DNA from: an uncultured Treponema sp.
GTDB lineage: Bacteria; Spirochaetota; Spirochaetia; Treponematales; Treponemataceae
Assembly: GCA_946061765.1 (NCBI GenBank)
Contig: CAMGTC010000001.1
Location: 1-39,687, forward strand
DNA length: 39,687 nt
Direction of reading: 5' to 3'
The position numbers and the translations under genes were made by a program. Every line of letters starts with the position of its first letter. Positions within the stretch are counted from its first letter, which is position 1. Of this stretch, positions 25,812 to 35,630 are shown one piece after another. Under the pieces are notes generated by a model, which had not been told where the DNA came from, ran no database searches, and was given only the letters and a program-made list of their open reading frames with translations.

Positions 25812-27632
25812 AACTTTATATAATTCTTCAATTTTATAAACAATTCTATTTTGTTCATTTAATGGAGGAAGAGGTATCAAAGTTGAGATTATTTTTTCTT
25901 TCGAAATATTGGGCTGAGCTCCTCCAAATCCCTGTTGTATAAATTCGTTTTTATGTTGCATTAGAAAATAAAAAAGATACTTATAAAAAATTCCTTGATA
26001 ATCAGAACAAACACAACAGGCTTGATTTGTTGTTGAAGGGAATGAAAGTATTCCTAATTTGCCTATAGTCGCACCATACATAGCTATACAAACTGAATTT
26101 GCAGGATTTAGTTTTAATGAAGTTTGTTTATAAGCTAAATCTGTTATTTTATTTGGGATATTAGTGATAAAATTGTCATTAAGATCGCCTGTTAACATCC
26201 AAGGTATTGTTCCATTTTTATAATAATCTATATTTTTTTTATTTGGTGTACATCCAGCTTTCCAAGTTCCTATCATTCCAAGATTACACCAACACCAAGA
26301 ATCAGGAATCTCAAACGGTTCTTCTTCCACCTTCTCATAAGGTCTGTTATCATTTGTCGCAATGCGCTTTAGAAGTTCTTCGGCAGGCTCGTCGTTCGGG
26401 TCTTGAGGAACAAGTTTACCGTGAATGGCGAGGTCAAGGATTTTGGATTTTGTTTTGTTAATTGCGGTTTGTAGGTCTGATTTTTCATTATCAAGTATAT
26501 CTATTTGAGAAAATGATTCTTCAATTGATTCGACAATTTTTTCTTGTGTTTTTATTGGTGGTAAAGGAAATAAAACCTGTTTTACAGTATCTGATTTTAA
26601 GTTCTTTACAGTTGAACCAGCTGCAACCATTGAAAATGAAGCATAAATGTAATCGGAACTTAATGCATAGTACAGATAATCTTTTATTACACATTCTTTA
26701 ATATTTGCAAAAACTAACCAACCGTCATGTATACAGCCATTAATCTTTAATATGTATGGCCGTCCGAAACTCATTGAGTTTGTAAGAAGAAAATCACCTT
26801 CATGTACAAAGCGTGAATGCTTTTGACCTTCAGGCTTAATCTTTTCTTTTGCGGATTCTATATATTTACTTTCAGGTGCGGTATCCCCAATTTTTATCCA
26901 ATTTATACCATTTAGTGAATCTGTTATGTAATTCTCAATTGGACGAGGAGAACCACCTCGGGCAATATCAGCAAGTTCATTTAATCTACACCAAGCCCAT
27001 CCTTCCGGCACCTCAAACGGAATCTCATCTTCAATATCTTTTACTGTACCATCAGCGAACTGCTCATAATGCCGTTTATGTCGTGTTCCTGAGGAACACT
27101 TACCGAGTTTGTCTTCGTCAAACTCGCACTCTTTTGTGAATATAAAAGAATCCTTTTTGTCAGTTTTTAGTTCACCACGTCTGCCGGCGGGCAGGCTTTT
27201 TTTGATTTTCTCTGCTTTTTCTGCTCTGATTTTTTCGAGCAAAACGGTTGCACTTTCCCAATTCTCAGGTTTATCAACAACTTCATTTTTGAACCATTCT
27301 CTCCCGCAGCCAGATTTTAGATACTTTTCCCTTTCTATGGCAGATTTTTCACTATAATGAATCTCCCAATAAAATAATTGCTTCGGCTTATGAGTTTTTG
27401 TCCATTCTGCACCAATTCCAGCACAATGTTGCTTATATCTTTTTATTAAATCAGTTGTAAATCCTTTATAAAATGAGCCGTCAACACATTCAATAACATA
27501 TACAAACCATTGTCCTTCTTTTTCAGCAGGGATATTTTCAAGGGATTTGCCTGCCTGCCGGCAGGCAGGAGGAACAAGTTTTCCGTGAATTGCGAGGTCC
27601 AATATTTTCTGTCGTAGTGCTTTAGTGTTCAT
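25782..27632 (-). CDS. hsdS: Type I R-M specificity subunit with an in-frame GIY-YIG nuclease insertion
   Basis: Two TRDs (VPEGWAWCRL..PLPPIKTQ; IPDSWCWCNL..PLPPLNEQNRIV), duplicated KILDLAIHGKLVP, inserted FVYVIEC..YKGFT..R..QH..EREKYLK. Confidence 0.92.
   Translation of the reverse strand: MNTKALRQKILDLAIHGKLVPPACRQAGKSLENIPAEKEGQWFVYVIECVDGSFYKGFTTDLIKRYKQHCAGIGAEWTKTHKPKQLFYWEIHYSEKSAIEREKYLKSGCGREWFKNEVVDKPENWESATVLLEKIRAEKAEKIKKSLPAGRRGELKTDKKDSFIFTKECEFDEDKLGKCSSGTRHKRHYEQFADGTVKDIEDEIPFEVPEGWAWCRLNELADIARGGSPRPIENYITDSLNGINWIKIGDTAPESKYIESAKEKIKPEGQKHSRFVHEGDFLLTNSMSFGRPYILKINGCIHDGWLVFANIKECVIKDYLYYALSSDYIYASFSMVAAGSTVKNLKSDTVKQVLFPLPPIKTQEKIVESIEESFSQIDILDNEKSDLQTAINKTKSKILDLAIHGKLVPQDPNDEPAEELLKRIATNDNRPYEKVEEEPFEIPDSWCWCNLGMIGTWKAGCTPNKKNIDYYKNGTIPWMLTGDLNDNFITNIPNKITDLAYKQTSLKLNPANSVCIAMYGATIGKLGILSFPSTTNQACCVCSDYQGIFYKYLFYFLMQHKNEFIQQGFGGAQPNISKEKIISTLIPLPPLNEQNRIVYKIEELYKVLDQIQNNLV
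26326..26346 (-). repeat. Inverted repeat (right) inside the expressed hsdS, just before TRD2
   Basis: TCCACCTTCTCATAAGGTCTG, reverse complement of 25307-25327. Confidence 0.95.
27550..27569. repeat. Perfect 20-bp REP-like palindrome CCTGCCTGCCGGCAGGCAGG
   Basis: Read directly; variant copies at 20106-20125 and 27176-27195. Confidence 0.9.
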
Positions 27633-27669
27633 TAGTCTACATCTCCAGTTTCATTTTCTTTTTTTTCTG

Positions 27670-28722
27670 TTAGTAATTATCAGAAGTATTGTCAAGAAAA
27701 AGTTTTATTCGCTGTTGCAAAAGCTTTTTATTCGGTAAATGTAATTTATATTCTGCAACCATAGTAGGTGAAAGACTACGGCTAAGAGCATACTCCACCA
27801 CATCATCGTCTTTATCGCGGCATAAAAGGATTCCAATACTCGGATTTTCTTTTGGCTTTTTTACGTCTCTGTCTAATGCTTCAAGATAAAAGTTTAATTG
27901 CCCCAAATGTTCTGGTTCAAATTTGCCGGTTTTCAATTCAAATGCAACCAAACACTGTAATTCCCTGTGATAAAAAAGTAAATCCACAAAAAAATCCGTA
28001 TTACCAACTTGAAGCCTGTATTCTTCATCTATAAAAATAAAGTCCTTGCCTAGTTCTAATATAAATTGTTTCATGTTGCGGACAAGAGCTTTTCTTAAAT
28101 CTTTTTCATCGTGTTTTTGCGGTAATCCTAAGAATTCCAATGTATATGAATCTTTGAAAATCTCTTTTGCATTCGGAACAATTTCTTTTACTACCGGAGA
28201 AACAATCAGATTATTGTCTGCTATGGTCTCAAAAAGTCTTGAATCAATTTGTCTGTTTAATTCTCTGACACTGTAGTGCTCTTTTATTGTCTTTTGAATA
28301 TAAAAAGCCCTTTCTTCGCTCGTTTTGCATCTTGAAAATATCTGCAAATTCTGCGACCAGGACAATTCTCTCAACAGCGTTGAGAGTTTTTCATCATCTT
28401 TGTAAGTTTCATAAAACTGTTTCATTCTCCAAAGATTTTTATCTGAAAAACCTTTGGACTCAGGCTGTGCTTTTTCAATATATTCTGAAAGCTCTTTTAC
28501 AACTCCTTTTCCCCATTTCGAAGCAGTCACTCTTTCGCTTATATATTTTCCAAGAGAAAAATACAAGTCAATCAAAGTTCTGTTTACTGATGAATATGCC
28601 TTTATATGTGCATTTTTTATCATCAAAACTACATTCTCAAAATCTTTTTCCCATTCCTCAGACAAATCGTATGTAGTTTCTATATTTACTGAGTTATTTT
28701 GCCGTAATGCTTTTGTGTTCAT
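27670..28722 (-). CDS. YhcG/DUF1016-family PD-(D/E)xK nuclease domain protein
   Basis: KGFSDKNLWRMKQFY, LSWSQN, KDSYTLEFL, DLLFYHRELQCLVAFELK, GQLNFYL, IGILLC. Confidence 0.9.
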   Translation of the reverse strand: MNTKALRQNNSVNIETTYDLSEEWEKDFENVVLMIKNAHIKAYSSVNRTLIDLYFSLGKYISERVTASKWGKGVVKELSEYIEKAQPESKGFSDKNLWRMKQFYETYKDDEKLSTLLRELSWSQNLQIFSRCKTSEERAFYIQKTIKEHYSVRELNRQIDSRLFETIADNNLIVSPVVKEIVPNAKEIFKDSYTLEFLGLPQKHDEKDLRKALVRNMKQFILELGKDFIFIDEEYRLQVGNTDFFVDLLFYHRELQCLVAFELKTGKFEPEHLGQLNFYLEALDRDVKKPKENPSIGILLCRDKDDDVVEYALSRSLSPTMVAEYKLHLPNKKLLQQRIKLFLDNTSDNY

Positions 28723-28726
28723 CTAA

Positions 28727-30291
<1,565 letters not shown>

Positions 30292-30299
30292 ACTCATTT

Positions 30300-33104
30300 T
30301 TATGCTGCCTTTCCATAGAATAAGTATTTAGATATAGTCTGCATTTCTGAATTTAATTTGTCTGCTCCAAAAATTGGAATTGCTTTAACAAATAAATCAT
30401 GTTTTGCATTATTAAGTTCAATATTAGTTACACATCCGTTTTGCACGATATATTCTGCAATCTGCTGTACAATTTCAACTTGTTCAGGAGTAAACTTTCT
30501 CCATGCTTGTCCACAGTAAAGATTGAAGTAACTACCAAATCTTCGCTTTAATGAAACAAGTTCTTTTTCAATCTTAAATCCATATCTTACTAGCTGAATA
30601 AGATTTGTTAAAACTCCTAGTTCAGTTTCTTTATTGAGCGGTTTTACATTTCCAGTTTCACCGTCTAAAGTCTGATAACAGGTCCATAAGAATTCTGACT
30701 TTAACTGATTGTTATAAGCTATAAGTTTCTTTTCCAAATCTTTGAGCATAGAATAAGTAATAGCAACTTTTTCCTGATTATAAAGAATTCTTAAAGCTTC
30801 AACTTCATCTTTGTTATCTTCAAGAAATTTTTCAAAAGTATCAATGTATTGTTTTGCCTGTTCTTTAGAGAAGCCTGCCGAAACTAAAGTATCTGTTTTT
30901 TCTACTGCAATCTTTATAAATCCTGCATTAATTTCAAGTAGCTTTTTACGAGCTTTCAAATTATTAATCAATGCTGAAATTAAAATCTTTCGTTCTTTGT
31001 TTTCATCATTAATATCTTTGTATTCTGGCAGTTTGTATGTTTCAGGCGCGATTGTCTCATAAATATTCATTGCAAGCTGTTTTACTGTAATGCTGCCAAG
31101 TAATTCATTAAGCTCAATTAAATCTTCTGCTTCTGCTTTTTTATTTACATTAGACAAATATCCTGCAAGCAAACTTAAGTTTTCATCAGGTACTTCGCCA
31201 TGTGCAAGATGTTCAAGCAAATCTTTAAGAGATAAAACCTTTTTGCCGGGTCCTTTACCTGGTGTTGGCATAGACTTTTCATGTTCAGTTACACCAACTG
31301 CATCAACAAGGTAATAACAGTCTTTTGAATTAGCATTGGTTGTAACATTTCGAAGTTTATCATCAGCAATTGTACGGCAGCCACGGCCTTTCATCTGTGT
31401 GTATAAAACTTCAGAATTGATATCCCTCATAAATACAAGGATTTCAAGAGGTCTAACATCAGTTCCAGTTGCAACAAGAGTTACTGTAATTGCAATACGA
31501 AAATCTTTGTTGTTTCTAAAGTCACTAATCAACTGATTTGAGTTTCCAGATTTACAAGTAATGAGCTGGGCAAAATGTTCCGGCAATTTCTTATCAGGGA
31601 ATTCTTCTTTGAATACTTTTTCAATAGCTTTCAAAATATCCTGAGCATGACTTTCTTTCTTAGCAAAAAATAAAGTTTTAGGAATCATATACCAGTTCTT
31701 TTCTCTTTCTGGATATAATGATTCATAAATTGAGTCTTTATATGCTCTAACTACAGTTTCAATTTGAGAAGGTACTACAACACTTCTGTCTATTTCAGTT
31801 TTTGTAAACTGCTTTTCTTCTTTCTGTTTCTGTGTTTGAGATTGACCAGTCCAGTTCGAAACTTTCTTTACTTTTTCGCCGTCTTTAAGAGTCCCTCCAG
31901 CTTCTGAAATCTCAGTCTTAATTCTGTAAACTCTTGGAGGTACGTTAACACCATCAGCAATCGATTTTTCAAGAGTATAATTTACAACACGATTCTTATT
32001 AAAGAAAGCTTCTGCTTCTGGAGTAGGAGTTGCAGTAAGTCCGATTATTTTTACGTTAGAAAAATACGTGAGAACTTGCTGCCAGTCTCCATAAATTGAA
32101 CGGTGACATTCATCAATAATAATTACATCAAAGAAGTCTGGTGGCAAAAGAACATTACCAGTAAGTTGAACCTGTTTTCCTGGAGTGTCTTCATCGTGCT
32201 CCATTTCTTCATCATCATCAGGCTCATCAACTTCTTGCCCTGTAAGAGCTGCAAAAAGTCTCTGGATTGTAGAAATTACAACACTGGCGTTTCCAATCTT
32301 TTCAACATTTCTAAGACGGTGAACAATATATTCATCAGAAAAAGCATTTCCGGTTTCTGTTAATTTATAAGTTCCAAATTCACCTTCAGCCTGTTTACCA
32401 AGATTATTACGGTCTACAAGGAAAAGAACTCTTTTTGCTCCCATGTAATTTAATAGACGATAGGCGGCTGTACAAGCAGTAAAGGTTTTTCCAGCTCCTG
32501 TTGCCAAAACAATAAGAGCTTTTTTAAGGCCTTGCTTAAAAGATATTTCAAGATTTGTTATTGCTTCTGCCTGGCACTCTCGTAAACCTTTTGGTCCAAC
32601 AGGAGGAAGAGCTGGAAGCTTAGCATATTGTGAGTTAATATCATCGCCTGCAAGATTTACAATTTCTTTAGGAGTGAACATCTTTTTAAGAACTTTATAA
32701 CTTGGCTTTGCTTCGCGCATATCCTTAAAAAGCAATGTGTTTCCATTACAAAGAAAAATAAAAGGAAGTGGAGTTTTCCAGGCTTGTACCCAATCAGGAA
32801 GAATATTTCCGTAATTCTGTGCTTGTTCAGCAACTTCAAGACCAAGTTTATTTTCTTCTCTTTTAGCTTCAAGAACAGCAATAGCCTTTCCATCAAGATA
32901 CAAAATGTAGTCAGCTTCAAGATTACCTTTCATAAGATTTTCTTCAACAGCCTGAGCATTTACAGCGTCAGGTGTAAAGTCATCTCGAGGAACAACAGTC
33001 CAGCCGGAATCTTTCAACATCTGATTAATTTTTACACGAGCTTTCTGTTCCGGTAAAAGTGAATCAAAATCATTTCTACTATGGGGTTTCTTGTATTCAG
33101 TCAT
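30300..33104 (-). CDS. hsdR: Type I R-M restriction/translocase subunit
   Basis: Nuclease ADYIL..VLEAK, helicase LATGAGKT, DECHR, TAT, QMKGRGCR. Confidence 0.96.
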   Translation of the reverse strand: MTEYKKPHSRNDFDSLLPEQKARVKINQMLKDSGWTVVPRDDFTPDAVNAQAVEENLMKGNLEADYILYLDGKAIAVLEAKREENKLGLEVAEQAQNYGNILPDWVQAWKTPLPFIFLCNGNTLLFKDMREAKPSYKVLKKMFTPKEIVNLAGDDINSQYAKLPALPPVGPKGLRECQAEAITNLEISFKQGLKKALIVLATGAGKTFTACTAAYRLLNYMGAKRVLFLVDRNNLGKQAEGEFGTYKLTETGNAFSDEYIVHRLRNVEKIGNASVVISTIQRLFAALTGQEVDEPDDDEEMEHDEDTPGKQVQLTGNVLLPPDFFDVIIIDECHRSIYGDWQQVLTYFSNVKIIGLTATPTPEAEAFFNKNRVVNYTLEKSIADGVNVPPRVYRIKTEISEAGGTLKDGEKVKKVSNWTGQSQTQKQKEEKQFTKTEIDRSVVVPSQIETVVRAYKDSIYESLYPEREKNWYMIPKTLFFAKKESHAQDILKAIEKVFKEEFPDKKLPEHFAQLITCKSGNSNQLISDFRNNKDFRIAITVTLVATGTDVRPLEILVFMRDINSEVLYTQMKGRGCRTIADDKLRNVTTNANSKDCYYLVDAVGVTEHEKSMPTPGKGPGKKVLSLKDLLEHLAHGEVPDENLSLLAGYLSNVNKKAEAEDLIELNELLGSITVKQLAMNIYETIAPETYKLPEYKDINDENKERKILISALINNLKARKKLLEINAGFIKIAVEKTDTLVSAGFSKEQAKQYIDTFEKFLEDNKDEVEALRILYNQEKVAITYSMLKDLEKKLIAYNNQLKSEFLWTCYQTLDGETGNVKPLNKETELGVLTNLIQLVRYGFKIEKELVSLKRRFGSYFNLYCGQAWRKFTPEQVEIVQQIAEYIVQNGCVTNIELNNAKHDLFVKAIPIFGADKLNSEMQTISKYLFYGKAA

Positions 33105-33145
33105 AAACTTATCCCGATATTCTGATAATAAAAAACTATGAGAAT

Positions 33146-33154
33146 ATTATACCA
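33146..33154 (-). promoter_or_regulatory. Putative extended -10 promoter of the hsdRM operon
   Basis: TGGTATAAT about 40 nt upstream of the hsdR ATG. Confidence 0.45.
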
Positions 33155-33370
33155 TATACATCTTTCTTTTTTACACACATTTTACCTTAAGTATGTGTCA
33201 GAAATTGATACTTTAAACACTTCGCAAACTTACAATATTTTACATAATCATCTTCTATAATTGTTTATGAGGCTCTTACAAGAGGTTTCTTTTTTCTGTC
33301 ATTAGAAATAATTATAACTGAATATGAAACCTGAATATCTTCTCCACCTAAAAATCATTTAAGAGACTTA

Positions 33371-33547
33371 TAGGTTCAATTTCGAGTTTTTTATTTTTAA
33401 ACAGTGGCAAGGATTGTAAGGGCTGGCGTAGCCAGTTCCGAAGCGTAGCGAAGGAATGAAGCGATAGCGGAACCCTGAAAAGCCTGTTTTTTGCGAAGCA
33501 AAAAGCCACCCAAAGAATAAAAATTTAAAACTCGACATTTGTCCTTA
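33371..33547. repeat. Short MITE/REP-like element with TCGAGTTTT-type terminal inverted repeats
   Basis: TAGGTTCAATTTCGAGTTTT..AAAACTCGACATTTGTCCTTA ends; GC-rich interior with GCGTAGC, GCGATAGC and GCGAAGC mini-hairpins. Confidence 0.6.
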
Positions 33548-33550
33548 TAT

Positions 33551-33588
33551 AAAAAAACGACTTACTGGTTATCCAACAAGTCGTTTTT
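33551..33588 (-). terminator. Intrinsic terminator after glmS
   Basis: AAAAACGACTT..AAGTCGTTTTT stem with T-run on the minus strand. Confidence 0.7.
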
Positions 33589-33616
33589 AGGGCCATTCAT
33601 TATCTCTCTTCTTCCC

Positions 33617-35530
33617 TTACTCCACAGTAACACTCTTTGCCAGATTCTTTGGTTTATCTGGATCGAAGCCTTTCAAAATTGCACAGTAATATGCCAAAAG
33701 CTGGGCTGGAATTACTGTCAGAATGCTTGCCAGGGTTGATGAACATTCTGGAATCTTAAATACCTGGTTGGTTTTGCCTTCGAAGGCTTTTTCGTCCTGG
33801 GTGATTACTAAAACTGTAGCTCCACGGCTTTTTACTTCTACCATGTTTGAGCCAATTTTGTCGTAAAGATCTGGTTCTGAAGCAATTGCAACAACCAGTG
33901 TCTGAGTATCAATCAAGGCGATTGGACCGTGCTTAAGTTCTCCTGCTGCAAAGGCCTCTGAATGCATATATGAAACTTCCTTCAACTTCAAGGCTGCTTC
34001 CAAAGAGGTTGCTGAATCGAACAAACGTCCAATATAGAAAATCTTATCTTTATTGAACTGCTGAGAAGCGAACTTCTGGATTATATCTTTTCCATCAAGA
34101 ATTTCCTGAATCTTTGCGGGAATTGTTTCGAGTTCTGCCAGAAGTTTTGTTGCTTCTTCATCACTTAAAGTTCCTCTGAGTTTTCCAGCCTTAATTGCAA
34201 GAAGATACATACACAAAATCTGAGTTGTATAGGCCTTTGTAGAAGCCACTGCAATTTCTGGTCCTGCCAGTGTATAAATTACATCATCTGCTTCGCGGCT
34301 TACAGTTGAACCTACACAGTTTGTAATTGCAACAACCTTTAATCCATTTTGTTTTGCAAGTCTTAAAGCAGAAAGAGTATCGGCTGTTTCTCCAGACTGA
34401 CTTACCACAATGAAAATATCTTTTTTATCGAGGATAGGATTTCTATAGCGGAATTCAGAGGCAACATCTACATCAACCTTCATGCGGGCAATTCTTTCAA
34501 AAGCGTATTTTGCAACAACTCCTGCATGGTAAGCAGTTCCACAGGCTGTAATAACAACTCTGTCTGCATTTTTCCATGCTTCGTCCATGCTGCTTTCTTC
34601 AAAATAAACATCTGTTGGTTTTCCGCTGCCATCATGGATGATTCTTGGACGCATTGTATCGGTAAGACCCTTTGGCTGTTCGTGGATTTCCTTAATCATA
34701 AAATGAGGATATCCGTTCTTTTCGGCAGCTTTTTCGTCCCAGTCAATATGACTAGGCTCTTTAATTATTTTGTTACCTTCAAAGTCGAACAAATCAACAT
34801 GATCTGAATACAAAACGGCAAGTTCTTTTTCGCCAAGGTAGTAAACTTCGCGGGTGTGTTCCAGAATTGCTGGGACATCTGATGCAATAAAGTTTTCTCC
34901 CTTGCCAAGACCAATTACAAGAGGACTTTCCTTACGACAGCAGATAATGCGGTCTGGATAATCGCGGCAGATAACTCCAAGAGCGTAAGAACCTTCTATT
35001 ACATGAAGAACTTTTAAAACTGCCTTAAAAATATCTTTTTCTTCTTTGTAGTATTTGTCGATTAAGTGAACTACAACTTCTGTATCTGTCTGAGACTTAA
35101 AAACAATTCCTTCTGACTGGAGTTTTGCCTTTAAATCTGCATAGTTTTCTATAATTCCGTTATGAACTATAGAAATAGAACCTTCCATATTTGTGTGAGG
35201 ATGACTGTTTAAATCGCTTGGTTCACCGTGAGTTGCCCATCTTGTATGACCAATTCCAAGGTTTCCTTTTACAAAGTCCCCGGTTTTTTCGTAAAGAGAG
35301 ATTTCAAACTTTGTAAAATCATCATCTTTTAAGTTTTCAGGAATTAACTGGCCTGTAATTTTTTCACCAAGATTTTTGAGTTTTCCCTTAGCTTTCTGAA
35401 CTAAGATTTCTTCTCCGGTATAAACTGCAATTCCGGCACTGTCGTAACCACGATATTCAAGTTTTTTCAAAGCCTTTATCAAAATTGGTGCTGCATTTTT
35501 ATTTCCGATATAACCTACAATTCCGCACAT
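33617..35530 (-). CDS. glmS: Glutamine--fructose-6-phosphate aminotransferase
   Basis: True start MCGIVG (35530), LEYRGYDSAG, GHTRWATHG, SQSGETADT, KNLAKSVTVE. Confidence 0.98.
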   Translation of the reverse strand: MCGIVGYIGNKNAAPILIKALKKLEYRGYDSAGIAVYTGEEILVQKAKGKLKNLGEKITGQLIPENLKDDDFTKFEISLYEKTGDFVKGNLGIGHTRWATHGEPSDLNSHPHTNMEGSISIVHNGIIENYADLKAKLQSEGIVFKSQTDTEVVVHLIDKYYKEEKDIFKAVLKVLHVIEGSYALGVICRDYPDRIICCRKESPLVIGLGKGENFIASDVPAILEHTREVYYLGEKELAVLYSDHVDLFDFEGNKIIKEPSHIDWDEKAAEKNGYPHFMIKEIHEQPKGLTDTMRPRIIHDGSGKPTDVYFEESSMDEAWKNADRVVITACGTAYHAGVVAKYAFERIARMKVDVDVASEFRYRNPILDKKDIFIVVSQSGETADTLSALRLAKQNGLKVVAITNCVGSTVSREADDVIYTLAGPEIAVASTKAYTTQILCMYLLAIKAGKLRGTLSDEEATKLLAELETIPAKIQEILDGKDIIQKFASQQFNKDKIFYIGRLFDSATSLEAALKLKEVSYMHSEAFAAGELKHGPIALIDTQTLVVAIASEPDLYDKIGSNMVEVKSRGATVLVITQDEKAFEGKTNQVFKIPECSSTLASILTVIPAQLLAYYCAILKGFDPDKPKNLAKSVTVE

Positions 35531-35630
35531 ATTAATATTTTTTATCTCCCAAAAAGAATTAAATTTCTCATAATAATTTGGTCTAATTTTATACAATTTT
35601 ATATGTTTTAACAACAAAACTCTTTTTTAC

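Noticed and set aside
27258-27569. GIY-YIG insert read as an intein or group I intron
   Set aside because: It has no Cys/Ser start or His-Asn end, and the 312 bp are almost all nuclease coding, leaving no room for a splicing domain or ribozyme core.
33548-33620. Tn7-like transposon at the glmS attachment site
   Set aside because: No tnsABCD genes and no recognisable Tn7 end with repeated TnsB sites downstream of glmS.
35531-35630. GlmS N-terminal extension or glmS ribozyme
   Set aside because: GlmS needs Cys at position 2 (MCG at 35530), and the upstream 100 bp are AT-rich with no ribozyme-like stems.
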